A DNA stretch of 64,000 nucleotides from a virus (IMGVR_UViG_3300044728_000163:8465-72464); one strand, 5' to 3'; counted from the stretch's first letter, positions 1-8,118 are shown. Numbers and translations: made by a program. Notes: generated from the letters alone by a model not told the origin.

Positions 1-299
1 GCGGCATGCGCGTCCAACCAGAACATGGACGGCCCCATCAGGATCGAGGCCACGAACGGCAAACAGAACCGCGTGTCCCCCGAAAGGAACGCCACATTGG
101 AATGGTTGGCGCAATGCTCACGCGCCAAATCCTGAAAGTCCGAGTTGACCTCGATGGTATAGACCTTCGAAAACCGTTCCGCCGCCCACAAGGTCGAATC
201 CCCCTCGTACGTGCCCGTCTCGACCAGCACCTCGAGATCGAACCGCTGCTTCAACCCCATCGCCAGACCCGCCACGGGTGGATCACTCAGCTTCGACAT
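1..299 (-). CDS. Class I SAM-dependent methyltransferase-like protein (partial, runs off the window start)
   Basis: Not in the ORF track; translated by hand from ATG 299 (GGAGG RBS at 306-310): MSKLSDPP...LVETGTYEGDST...VYTIEVN...NVAFLSGDT...MFWLDAHA. The ETGTYxG, IE, GD and WLDAH motifs fit a Rossmann methyltransferase family. Confidence 0.7.
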   Translation of the reverse strand, partial: MSKLSDPPVAGLAMGLKQRFDLEVLVETGTYEGDSTLWAAERFSKVYTIEVNSDFQDLAREHCANHSNVAFLSGDTRFCLPFVASILMGPSMFWLDAHA

Positions 300-337
300 G
301 CGACACCTCCGACCCGACACCACGAGGAGCGACCCCA

Positions 338-1492
338 ATGGCCACTCTATCGGTCGGACAAAACCAGCAATACGTCACGATCGCCGCCGCCGTCGCCGCC
401 TCCCAAAGCGGCGATGTCATCACCGTCCAGGCGGGCACCTACACCAACGACTGGCTGAACATCGACCACGACCTGACCCTCACCGCCCAAGGCGGCTGGG
501 TAAAGCTGGTCACCAACCAGGCCCAACCGCCCGATGGCAAGGCCTACATCACCGAGTCAGGCAACGTCACCATCAGCGGCTTCGACATCAGCGGCGTCAC
601 CGTGCCCGACGCCAACGGGGCCGGCGTACGCTACCAGGGCGGCAACCTCACCCTCGACAATGTGTTCATCCACGACAACCAGGAGGGTCTTCTCGGTGCC
701 GCCGATCTCAGCGGGTCGATTACCATCACGAATTCTGAGTTCGCCCGCAACGGCCTCGGCGGCGACGGACATACCCACGCCATCTACGTCGGTCCCGTCA
801 GCAACTTCACCCTTACCAACAGCTATATCCACGACACCAACATCGGCCACGAGGTCAAATCCCGCGCCCAGAACAACGTCATCACCGGCAACCGGATCTT
901 CGACAACGATGCATCGGCGTCCTACAGCATTAACCTACCCAACGGCGGCACGGCCACCATCACCGGCAACGTCATCCAGCAAGGACCAAACAGCCAGAAC
1001 CCCGCGATTCTGGCATACGGTGAGGAAGGCATTCCAACGGGCTACAGCACCGGAGCCACGGTATCCAACAACACGATCATCAATGATCAGGGTTCAGGTT
1101 ATTTGCTACTTAACCCTGGCGGCTATCCTGTTAATTTCGTTGACGGCACGGTATTTGGGCTGACCACGGGTGGCACGGTTCTGGCGGCACGCCCTGTTTT
1201 GGACCTGGCTCCGATAGGATTCCTTGGAGCGTCACCACCACCGTCGCCACCGCCACCAGCGGCACCGCCGCCGCCGCCACCAGCCACGCCACCATCAGTG
1301 CCTGACCCATCGCCCGCTCCCGTCCTCACGCCGCTTGAACAATATCACGCCGACGTTCTCGCCGATTTCAAAGCCTGGGCACCCACCCACATCAAGTTGT
1401 CCACCATGGACCGCACGCTGGCCGTGTTGAACACCGAACTGAACTCCACCACCGTTCTCGGCATCATCCGCGGCGACAAGTGGAGCCACTAA
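338..1492 (+). CDS. Right-handed parallel beta-helix (pectin-lyase-like) repeat protein with poly-Pro linker
   Basis: GAGGAG RBS before ATG 338. N-terminus TIAAAVAASQSGDVITVQAGTY, repeated ITxSxFxxN / IxGNxIxxN rungs, then a SPPPSPPPPAAPPPPPP linker and a short C-terminal domain. Confidence 0.75.
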   Translation: MATLSVGQNQQYVTIAAAVAASQSGDVITVQAGTYTNDWLNIDHDLTLTAQGGWVKLVTNQAQPPDGKAYITESGNVTISGFDISGVTVPDANGAGVRYQGGNLTLDNVFIHDNQEGLLGAADLSGSITITNSEFARNGLGGDGHTHAIYVGPVSNFTLTNSYIHDTNIGHEVKSRAQNNVITGNRIFDNDASASYSINLPNGGTATITGNVIQQGPNSQNPAILAYGEEGIPTGYSTGATVSNNTIINDQGSGYLLLNPGGYPVNFVDGTVFGLTTGGTVLAARPVLDLAPIGFLGASPPPSPPPPAAPPPPPPATPPSVPDPSPAPVLTPLEQYHADVLADFKAWAPTHIKLSTMDRTLAVLNTELNSTTVLGIIRGDKWSH

Positions 1493-1532
1493 AAAAAGAC
1501 CCGGCGCTCGCTCTGCTAAGAAGCGCCGGGTC
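1491..1532 (-). terminator. Intrinsic terminator for leftward transcripts (possibly bidirectional)
   Basis: Perfect 11-bp stem GACCCGGCGCT...AGCGCCGGGTC (1498-1532) with an A7 run at 1491-1497, i.e. a U-tract on the minus strand, lying between convergent genes. Confidence 0.7.
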
Positions 1533-1614
1533 AGTTGGGGGTCTTGGCGGTGGAAGTGCTAAAAAACACCGCCTGTCGGCCTGGACGGGGGTGGGGATGC
1601 CCAGGCCAACCTCG

Positions 1615-1698
1615 TTACCACACGGTCCAGACCGCGAGGCAAAACACCGCCCAGAAGGCCACCACGAGGACGACCAACCAGGCTAAACCATCAGGCAC
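1615..1698 (-). CDS. Possible 27-aa single-TM peptide
   Basis: GTG start overlaps the end of the upstream PEP-CTERM gene; MPDGLAWLVVLVVAFWAVFCLAVWTVW is strongly hydrophobic. Confidence 0.3.
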   Translation of the reverse strand: MPDGLAWLVVLVVAFWAVFCLAVWTVW

Positions 1699-2455
1699 GA
1701 CGACGCCGACGCGCCGCCACCAGTCCAGCCATCCCCATTCCAAGCACCGCCAGCGTGGCGGGTTCCGGGGTATCGACGGCGGTCGGCACGATGACCAGGT
1801 AGAAGCTTTCCGCGCCGTCGCTGGCACCACTCCACGCCGCGTGGAACAGCAGATTGTCTCCCGGCTGGATCACGCAATCGGCCAGGACGAACTGGCCGCT
1901 GTCACGGCAACCCAGTGACAGGTCGAACCCGCTGATCAGATAGTCCCCTTTCCCGTTACCGTTCTGGATATCCGGCAACGCGAGCGGCAGACCGGCGAGG
2001 TCGAAGATCACCCGCTGACCGGCGGGCTTGCTGATGTCCAGAAGCTGAAACGCGTCCAACGTCTCGCCGCCATGCGCGGTGTTCACGTCGATGACGACAC
2101 CGAATTTAAACAACGGATCAGTGCCGCCCGCGTTCAGGAACGCCTCCAGAAAGGCCCCGGTGTAGGGCAACGCATTGGCTTCAAGATCACCCACCAACGG
2201 CCCGCCATTGGCGATGTTGGTGGAAAACGTGTTGAACGCCGCGTCGGTCCCCCGGTTACTGAAGTCGTTATAGCCGAACCCAGACGGCTGGCTTCCGGCG
2301 TTCGTGCCGCAGATGATGCACGGGGCTGACAGAGACTGCGGCACCGGGTTGGCCAGTGTCGTGACCGTCAGCGCCGCCTGGACCGGAGCCGGGATCGCCA
2401 TGTTGGCGAACACAGCGACCCCGACAGACGCGGCAAGGAGAATAGAACTCTTCAT
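1691..2455 (-). CDS. PEP-CTERM sorting-domain protein (secreted, exosortase substrate)
   Basis: Signal peptide MKSSILLAASVGVAVFANMAIPAPVQA; C-terminal DTPEPATLAVLGMGMAGLVAARRRRRA (PEP + TM helix + Arg cluster). Confidence 0.85.
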   Translation of the reverse strand: MKSSILLAASVGVAVFANMAIPAPVQAALTVTTLANPVPQSLSAPCIICGTNAGSQPSGFGYNDFSNRGTDAAFNTFSTNIANGGPLVGDLEANALPYTGAFLEAFLNAGGTDPLFKFGVVIDVNTAHGGETLDAFQLLDISKPAGQRVIFDLAGLPLALPDIQNGNGKGDYLISGFDLSLGCRDSGQFVLADCVIQPGDNLLFHAAWSGASDGAESFYLVIVPTAVDTPEPATLAVLGMGMAGLVAARRRRRA

Positions 2456-3135
2456 GCCGCGCACCCCTCAAAGCTAGCGCGCCGTTTCCGGCGCGTCAGC
2501 CCCAGACCCACCAGACCGGCACCCAGGATCGCCAGCGAGGCCGGTTCCGGCACGTTGGCCGACTCAGCCGATACGTCGCCCGTGAAACTGGCCGTGAACG
2601 CCCCAATCGTCGCCGCGCCGATGCCCGCGGAGGTGAGGTGCAGCGCGGGAGAAAGGTTGACGAAGGTCAGATTGAAGCTGGTGGGATCTTGCAGTTCGCT
2701 CGCTGGGACCACGTTGGAGGTCAGCGTCAGCACGTCTGGCGGGCTGCTTGCCGAGATCACGAGGCCCGTGCCGCCGTTCGCCCCAAACGCCGCGTCCGAA
2801 AACACGCCAGACAGGAAGTTGCCGCCGCAGCCCGAGATTGAGGAAACGCAGAAGCTACCGGCGAAGTGCTGGATAACCGAGCCGCCGAAATTGACCGCCG
2901 TGTCGATGGAAGTGGCGGTCATCTGGAAGCTGGCACCCGCGACATTGAACGAGCCACCACCCAACGTCACCAAAGTCCCCGGCGCGATGCTGATCGTGGT
3001 CGTCACCCCGTTGTCGGTCGCGACGACGGTGTTGGTCCCGCTTTCCTGCGCCATCGAGGTGATCAACACCGCCGATGCCGGGTTGGCCAGGCCGATGGCG
3101 CAGAGCGCCGCGCCCGCGTAAAGTAATTTCTTCAC
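2452..3135 (-). CDS. PEP-CTERM sorting-domain protein (secreted, exosortase substrate)
   Basis: GTG start after GGAG; signal peptide MKKLLYAGAALCAIGLANPASA; C-terminal NVPEPASLAILGAGLVGLGLTRRKRR. Confidence 0.85.
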   Translation of the reverse strand: MKKLLYAGAALCAIGLANPASAVLITSMAQESGTNTVVATDNGVTTTISIAPGTLVTLGGGSFNVAGASFQMTATSIDTAVNFGGSVIQHFAGSFCVSSISGCGGNFLSGVFSDAAFGANGGTGLVISASSPPDVLTLTSNVVPASELQDPTSFNLTFVNLSPALHLTSAGIGAATIGAFTASFTGDVSAESANVPEPASLAILGAGLVGLGLTRRKRRASFEGCAA

Positions 3136-3311
3136 AGTGAAGTCTCCCATGGGTTAACGGCGATCCACCGCCGCGAAACCCATTGTAGGACCGTCACCAT
3201 CAGCCGTCCCGGCGAAACGTCGCGGCGATGTTTATTGGACGCTGTAATAAACTCAATAAGTTGCGGACCAATACAGGGGAAATTCCCTTAAACCGTCGCC
3301 ATTCTTTACAG

Positions 3312-3482
3312 TCACCAAAACCGCCCTTCCATCGTATCGACCGGCGTGCGGGTCGGAGCCAGCAACGCTTTCACCGCCTCGCGCAGTTCCAGATTATGCC
3401 GGGTGATGTTGGCTACCTCGCGCTCCAGGTTGGCGACCCGCGCCCGTAGCCAAAGTATGTCCTCGTTCTCGCTCACCTTCAT
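3312..3482 (-). CDS. Small coiled-coil protein (56 aa)
   Basis: Hand translation MKVSENEDILWLRARVANLEREVANITRHNLELREAVKALL..., 2 nt after the methyltransferase stop; heptad pattern. Confidence 0.55.
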   Translation of the reverse strand: MKVSENEDILWLRARVANLEREVANITRHNLELREAVKALLAPTRTPVDTMEGRFW

Positions 3483-3484
3483 GT

Positions 3485-5101
3485 TTATTTCCCTTTCGAT
3501 ACCAGTTGGATGCGCTCACCAATCCACCTGACGACCGGCGCGGCGAATGAATTCCCCAATGCTTTGTATTTCGCCCCATCAGATGCCGGTTTGCCACGAA
3601 ACTGAATATCCAGATAGTCGTCGGGAAACCCCTGTAAACGGCAACACTCGGTTGGCGTCAGCCGCCGCACGGCGGCTCCGGCCTCTACCATCGGCGTGCC
3701 ACGCCCGGTGCCGTCTTCGCTACCATCGAAGCCCTCGCCGGTCAGCGCGTGGGTCACGACCGTCCCCTCCATGGCACCGGTCCCCGCCGACGCGTCACGC
3801 AGCGGGCTGGCCGTGTCGGCCCAGTTCCACCAGCCCTGGCCGGTGTTGTTGTACGTCACCACCACGTCGCCGCCCTGCGCGCCGCTGACCGGTCCCGATC
3901 CCATCAGCGGTTGCGATACCTCCACGGCGCGGGCCTTGTAATCGGTGTTCTGGCGCTGCGGCATGATCGAATAGAGTTGCTGGGCGACGAAGGTATCCTG
4001 GCTGTCGCGACCAGACCCGAACACGCCGCCCTCGTCCTGCTTGCCAGCCGAGACAGCGTAGGCCGGGTCGGGAAACCCTTGGGTGATGAACGTCTCGGTT
4101 TCGAAGTCCATCCTGCCACCGGGATGGGCGTTGCACGCGGTGGCCACGTCGAGGGGGCCGGACTGCCGATTGCCGCCAAACGCCACACCGCCACTCAGAT
4201 TCCGAGCGCGGAAATTGGTGCCTTCGTGGCTCCAGGTTTTCCACTCGGTGGTGCTGACCGGGTCCGCGACGGTCTGGATGTAGGTTTCCTGGTCGAGGTC
4301 GCCGCGCCAACCACCTTTGCCGGGAGTTCCTCCAATGGGTCGGGAAACAGCGACAACGGGGTCTTGGCCTCTGGTTTCACCACCGCGGGAGTAACCCCGG
4401 CCACTCGCTCCAAGGCTCTGTGCAACGGGGTGGGTAATGCCTTGCCCCGCTTCGCCGCGCGCCGGAGGATTCCCAAGCATGCTCGCGCGCTCAAGTAATA
4501 CCGGCTCCCGATCGGCCCAGTTTCCAAAATCGCAGACAAAGAAGATACGCTTGCGCCGTTGCGCCAGTCCCCGCCATTGCGCGTCCAGCACGCTCCACTC
4601 GACCATCCCAGTTGGTCCGACAGCACAACCGGTGCTTCGCCAGCCATCTCGCGGAACGTCAAATCTGGTCCCAACCAGACCGCCAACCACGCCAGCAAAG
4701 TCGCGTCCCGCGTGGGAACTGAACAGGCCTGGGACGTTTTCGATGACGACCCAGCGGCATCCGCAATGCTGCCTGGCCCGCTGAACAAATCGCATTGCAT
4801 CCCAGAAAAGACCGGACCTGGTGGCGCTTCCATCGGCATGCTTAAACCCCCTCCTTTTCCCCGCTATACTCACGTCCTGGCAGGGAAAACCACCCACGAC
4901 GACATCGACGCGACCCAGCGCCCGAATAACATCTTCGTCAATATATCTAACATCGCCCAAATTGGGCGCGGTGCGGTGCCGTACCTTCAAGACCTCACAA
5001 GGGAATGGCTCCACCTCTGCCGTGGCGACGCACGTCCAACCCAGCGGCTCCCACGCCAGCGACGCCGCCTCGATGCCGCTGAACAAGCTGACGAACCGCA
5101 T
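3485..5101 (-). CDS. dcm: C5 DNA cytosine methyltransferase with enlarged variable region
   Basis: Motif I SLFSGIEA, motif IV GGFPCQDVSIAG, motif VI IENVPGL, motif VIII QRRKRIF, motif IX RRLTPTECCRLQGFPD, motif X GNSFAAPV. Confidence 0.93.
   Translation of the reverse strand: MRFVSLFSGIEAASLAWEPLGWTCVATAEVEPFPCEVLKVRHRTAPNLGDVRYIDEDVIRALGRVDVVVGGFPCQDVSIAGKRRGFKHADGSATRSGLFWDAMRFVQRARQHCGCRWVVIENVPGLFSSHAGRDFAGVVGGLVGTRFDVPRDGWRSTGCAVGPTGMVEWSVLDAQWRGLAQRRKRIFFVCDFGNWADREPVLLERASMLGNPPARGEAGQGITHPVAQSLGASGRGYSRGGETRGQDPVVAVSRPIGGTPGKGGWRGDLDQETYIQTVADPVSTTEWKTWSHEGTNFRARNLSGGVAFGGNRQSGPLDVATACNAHPGGRMDFETETFITQGFPDPAYAVSAGKQDEGGVFGSGRDSQDTFVAQQLYSIMPQRQNTDYKARAVEVSQPLMGSGPVSGAQGGDVVVTYNNTGQGWWNWADTASPLRDASAGTGAMEGTVVTHALTGEGFDGSEDGTGRGTPMVEAGAAVRRLTPTECCRLQGFPDDYLDIQFRGKPASDGAKYKALGNSFAAPVVRWIGERIQLVSKGK
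4195..4839 (-). CDS. Nested alternative-frame ORF inside dcm (overlapping partner polypeptide)
   Basis: 214-aa same-strand ORF wholly inside dcm containing SSLSAILETGPIGSRYYLSARACLGILRRAAKRGKALP, a motif I recognise from alternative-frame ORFs of phage C5 methyltransferases. Confidence 0.55.
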   Translation of the reverse strand: MPMEAPPGPVFSGMQCDLFSGPGSIADAAGSSSKTSQACSVPTRDATLLAWLAVWLGPDLTFREMAGEAPVVLSDQLGWSSGACWTRNGGDWRNGASVSSLSAILETGPIGSRYYLSARACLGILRRAAKRGKALPTPLHRALERVAGVTPAVVKPEAKTPLSLFPDPLEELPAKVVGAATSTRKPTSRPSRTRSAPPSGKPGATKAPISALGI

Positions 5102-5565
5102 CAGGCGTGCCCCACGTCTTCATGGATCTGGATCGGTCGTATCTCGCCTTCGAACATCGAGATGATCTTATCGCGCATCCGGATCACCATGAGGTCACGA
5201 TCCTCCACCGCGCAGTCATCGCAGACCAGGAACATGACCGCGCCGGTCGCCGCCCGCGGCGCGTGCAGCGCGCCGAGCGTCGCGCAATGCGACAGCCGCA
5301 CCGAGCGGGCACAGAACAGGCATCCGACCGCGCCCCGCGTCATGTCGCGCTCGACCGCCTGGATGAACAACTCCAGCGAGAACCGCGCGTGCGCGTCGCC
5401 ATCGCGCGTCCGCGTCACCAGCCGCGGCACATCCTCCAGCCAGATAAACGAACTCACCATCAGCCCCTCGCCTTCGCTGACGATGCGGTTGATCTGTTCC
5501 TGTATCGCGTTCACCGCCCGAGCCACGCCGAACGAAGCTGATCGAAGGCGCTCAAATGAACCCAA
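5101..5565 (-). CDS. Hypothetical protein (CxxC pairs, possible Zn binding)
   Basis: ORF abuts the dcm start; CLFC and CDDC motifs. Start uncertain. Confidence 0.5.
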   Translation of the reverse strand: MGSFERLRSASFGVARAVNAIQEQINRIVSEGEGLMVSSFIWLEDVPRLVTRTRDGDAHARFSLELFIQAVERDMTRGAVGCLFCARSVRLSHCATLGALHAPRAATGAVMFLVCDDCAVEDRDLMVIRMRDKIISMFEGEIRPIQIHEDVGHA

Positions 5566-5804
5566 AGATTGAACAACGGCCCCGGCTTGCCACCATACGC
5601 GCGCAACGCATCGACCATGGCCGTCCTCCTGTTTTCCTCTGGCCCAAGATCACCCGACTGAATGACGAACGGCGGCATCACCGTCCCAGCCCTTTCGTGA
5701 TGCGCCAGCAAATCATGTAACAGTCCATGCGAACTGGCCATGACCATGTCCATCGCCCGCGTCAGCGCCGGAAGCCGGACGCTCATATCGCGATCATCGC
5801 TCAT
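5511..5804 (-). CDS. Hypothetical protein
   Basis: 97-aa ORF tightly packed in the operon. Confidence 0.5.
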   Translation of the reverse strand: MSDDRDMSVRLPALTRAMDMVMASSHGLLHDLLAHHERAGTVMPPFVIQSGDLGPEENRRTAMVDALRAYGGKPGPLFNLWVHLSAFDQLRSAWLGR

Positions 5805-6006
5805 CTTTCCCCGCTTCCATCCTGCCCAGCAAATCGAATACTTCCAGCCTCATTTTCGCACCGCAACGAGGGATCAAAAACCACCGGCCCGAGCGCAGCC
5901 CCGCCAGATCGTTGATCCCATCGTTGACCAGGAGCCGCGCCGCGCGCGTGGACAAGCCGAGACTTCTCCAGTGATACACCAGCCTCTCGCGCTCCTCGCC
6001 GGTCAT
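5794..6006 (-). CDS. RNA polymerase alpha-CTD-like (HhH) small protein
   Basis: LGLSTRAARLLVNDGINDLAGL...IPRCGAKMRLEVFDLL follows the alpha-CTD pattern LxLSxRAxNxLxxxGIxxxxDL...PNxGxKSxxEIxxxL. Confidence 0.6.
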   Translation of the reverse strand: MTGEERERLVYHWRSLGLSTRAARLLVNDGINDLAGLRSGRWFLIPRCGAKMRLEVFDLLGRMEAGKDER

Positions 6007-6338
6007 GTTTCCGGTTCCTCTTTCACCGCCCTCCACAACACGCGATTCGAACCGTCCTGAAAGCGTCGCAGCTTTGTATCGACGATCAAACCCATCTCGG
6101 TCAGTTCCGATCGCCGGGTGCGATGAGTGCTTTTGTGATCATTGAAATACGACTGAAGGTCCAGGTCGGTGATCGCTTGTGGCCAGATCGAACGGAAATA
6201 ATCCAGCACTTCAATCTGGATATCCGTCATCCGATGTTGGATGCGCTCCGCGGCGATATGCGATGTGTCGGGATCGCCAGGCCGCGCGCGGGTATGCGGT
6301 TCGAACAGACTTATCTGGTTTGAGTTTTTCCGTGCCAT
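6003..6338 (-). CDS. Winged-helix DNA-binding protein (phage)
   Basis: ARPGDPDTSHIAA...ITDLDL...RTRRSELTEMGLIVDT...RVLWRA; helix-helix-recognition helix-wing pattern. Confidence 0.55.
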   Translation of the reverse strand: MARKNSNQISLFEPHTRARPGDPDTSHIAAERIQHRMTDIQIEVLDYFRSIWPQAITDLDLQSYFNDHKSTHRTRRSELTEMGLIVDTKLRRFQDGSNRVLWRAVKEEPET

Positions 6339-6357
6339 GACGGTTACCAGTCGCCGG

Positions 6358-6873
6358 TCATGGCGTCGTTTCCTGTTCCTTCCCGATCCCCAGACGGCTC
6401 GCCATCATGGTCAGCGTCGTGGCGACCGGCGTCGGCTTATCTGGCGAAACGATCTGCGCCACATGCCGGTCGCGCGCCAGGTAGCCGATCAACTGCAGCG
6501 CGCTCGCCTCCGCGTAGGCCCGCGCCTGGCCGTTCGCGGTCATGTCGTTGGCCACCTCCACCGCCCGTACAATCGACCCCGCCGCGCGCCGGGTGCTACG
6601 GCGGATGCGGCGGCGCAGATTGACCCCCACCAGCGCGGCCCGCTCCGCTTCCAACCTCTGATAGCCAACCGTCCGCACGTTCACGAACAGGCTTCCGCCT
6701 TCCTTGTTCGCCAGGTCGATCGCTCGCAACACCAGATACCGACGCGCCTGGACATCGGCCCCGATCGCGGCGGAAAGCTGCGAATACGTCACGATCTCGC
6801 CAACGCTGGTCGCCATCAGCCGGTCGCGTAGATGCTGGATATCCGCGGCCAGAATACTCTGTGGTTTGAACAT
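6358..6873 (-). CDS. Putative winged-helix protein, first gene after the repeat array
   Basis: AGGAG RBS just after the last pentamer tract; N-terminal GEIVTYSQLSAAIG...FVNVRTVGYQRL is wHTH-like. Confidence 0.55.
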   Translation of the reverse strand: MFKPQSILAADIQHLRDRLMATSVGEIVTYSQLSAAIGADVQARRYLVLRAIDLANKEGGSLFVNVRTVGYQRLEAERAALVGVNLRRRIRRSTRRAAGSIVRAVEVANDMTANGQARAYAEASALQLIGYLARDRHVAQIVSPDKPTPVATTLTMMASRLGIGKEQETTP

Positions 6874-6976
6874 GGATTATCTCCTGGGTTGAAGACGATG
6901 CGATGCGATGAGCAGTGCAGCGCAGAGATGCTGGGCGGCGCGACGCGGTGCGAGGCGCTGCGGCGCGGCGTTGGGC

Positions 6977-7022
6977 CTCTCGACCCGGCATCCAGTCCGC
7001 AAACTGGATGCCGCGTGGAGAG
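6977..7022 (-). repeat. Array hairpin repeat H1
   Basis: + strand CTCTCGACCCGGCATCCAGT-CCGCAA-ACTGGATGCCGCGTGGAGAG. Confidence 0.9.
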
Positions 7023-7119
7023 GCAATGCGATGCGATGCGGGGCGCGGTGGCGCGATGTGGAGCGGTGCGTCGCGGCGCGGAGCGCTGTGAAGCGCGGAG
7101 CGGCGTCGCGGGGTTGAGT

Positions 7120-7164
7120 CTCTCGACCCGGCATCCAGCAAAACGCTGGATGCCATGTCGAAAG
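7120..7164 (-). repeat. Array hairpin repeat H2
   Basis: + strand CTCTCGACCCGGCATCCAGC-AAAAC-GCTGGATGCCATGTCGAAAG. Confidence 0.9.
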
Positions 7165-7246
7165 AACGATGCGAGGCGACGCGGGAAAGTGCGCTGTGGC
7201 GAGACGCGGTGCGGCGCGCGGCGCAGTGTCGCGCAGGGTGTCGGGC

Positions 7247-7290
7247 CTCTCGACCCGGTATCCGGCCTGATCCGGATGCCATGTCGAGAG
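7247..7290 (-). repeat. Array hairpin repeat H3
   Basis: + strand CTCTCGACCCGGTATCCGG-CCTGAT-CCGGATGCCATGTCGAGAG. Confidence 0.9.
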
Positions 7291-7427
7291 CGATGCGATG
7301 CGGGGCGCAGCGTGGCGTAGCCGAGCGCAATGACGCGGAGCGAAGCGGGGTGAAGCCATGAGAAGCGGTGAGCAGCGATGTGTGGCGTGGCGCGGTGTTG
7401 CGACGAGGAGCGCCGTTCGGTTTGAGT

Positions 7428-7474
7428 CTCTCGACCCGGCATCCGGCCCACGAGTCTGGATGCCGCGTGGAGAG
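7428..7474 (-). repeat. Array hairpin repeat H4
   Basis: + strand CTCTCGACCCGGCATCCGG-CCCACGAGT-CTGGATGCCGCGTGGAGAG. Confidence 0.9.
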
Positions 7475-7581
7475 CGATGCGAGGCGATGCGAGGCGCGGA
7501 GTGGTGTTGCGTAGTAGTGCGTAGCGCGGTGCTGCGCGGCGTGGTGCTGCGCCGAGGCGCGCGGCGTGGGACCACCTGGGC

Positions 7582-7624
7582 CTCTCGACCCGGTATCCAG
7601 CCGATCTGGATGCCGCGTCGAGAG
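7582..7624 (-). repeat. Array hairpin repeat H5
   Basis: + strand CTCTCGACCCGGTATCCAG-CCGAT-CTGGATGCCGCGTCGAGAG. Confidence 0.9.
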
Positions 7625-7766
7625 CGTCGCGTCGCGACGCGTTGAGTTGCAAGGCGGTGCGTTGCGCCGCGAGGCGGGGCGATGGGCTGCGGAGCGGCGC
7701 GTGGCCTGGTGGTGCGGCGTGTGGCGTGGCGCTGTGCAGAGCGGCGAAGCGGCGCGACGAAGGGGC

Positions 7767-7810
7767 CTCTCGACCCGCCCTTGGGACCGATCCCAAAGCC
7801 ATGTCGAGAG
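7767..7810 (-). repeat. Array hairpin repeat H6 (inner stem replaced)
   Basis: + strand CTCTCGACCCGCCCTTGGGA-CCGA-TCCCAAAGCCATGTCGAGAG. Confidence 0.85.
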
Positions 7811-7908
7811 ACGGTGAGGCGATGCGAGGCGATGCGGCGCGGGGCAGAGCGCAGAGTGGCGAGGAGTTGCGTGAAGCGGCGGCGCGGCGCGCTGCGTTGA
7901 GTGAAGGC

Positions 7909-7952
7909 CTCTCGACCCGGCATCCAACATGACCTGGATGCCGCGTCGAAAG
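7909..7952 (-). repeat. Array hairpin repeat H7
   Basis: + strand CTCTCGACCCGGCATCCA-ACATGACC-TGGATGCCGCGTCGAAAG. Confidence 0.9.
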
Positions 7953-8071
7953 ACGCGTTGCGCGGCGAGGAGTAGCGGCTCGTCGTGAGGCGTAGCGTGG
8001 AGCGGCGTTGCGTCGAGTCGAGGCGTGAGGCGCTGCGGCGCGCGGTGTCGCGACGAGGAGCGTCGTTGGGC

Positions 8072-8118
8072 CTCTCGACCCGGCATCCAGCCGCGAAGGC
8101 CGGATGCCGCGTCGAAAG
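8072..8118 (-). repeat. Array hairpin repeat H8
   Basis: + strand CTCTCGACCCGGCATCCAGCC-GCGAA-GGCCGGATGCCGCGTCGAAAG. Confidence 0.9.
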
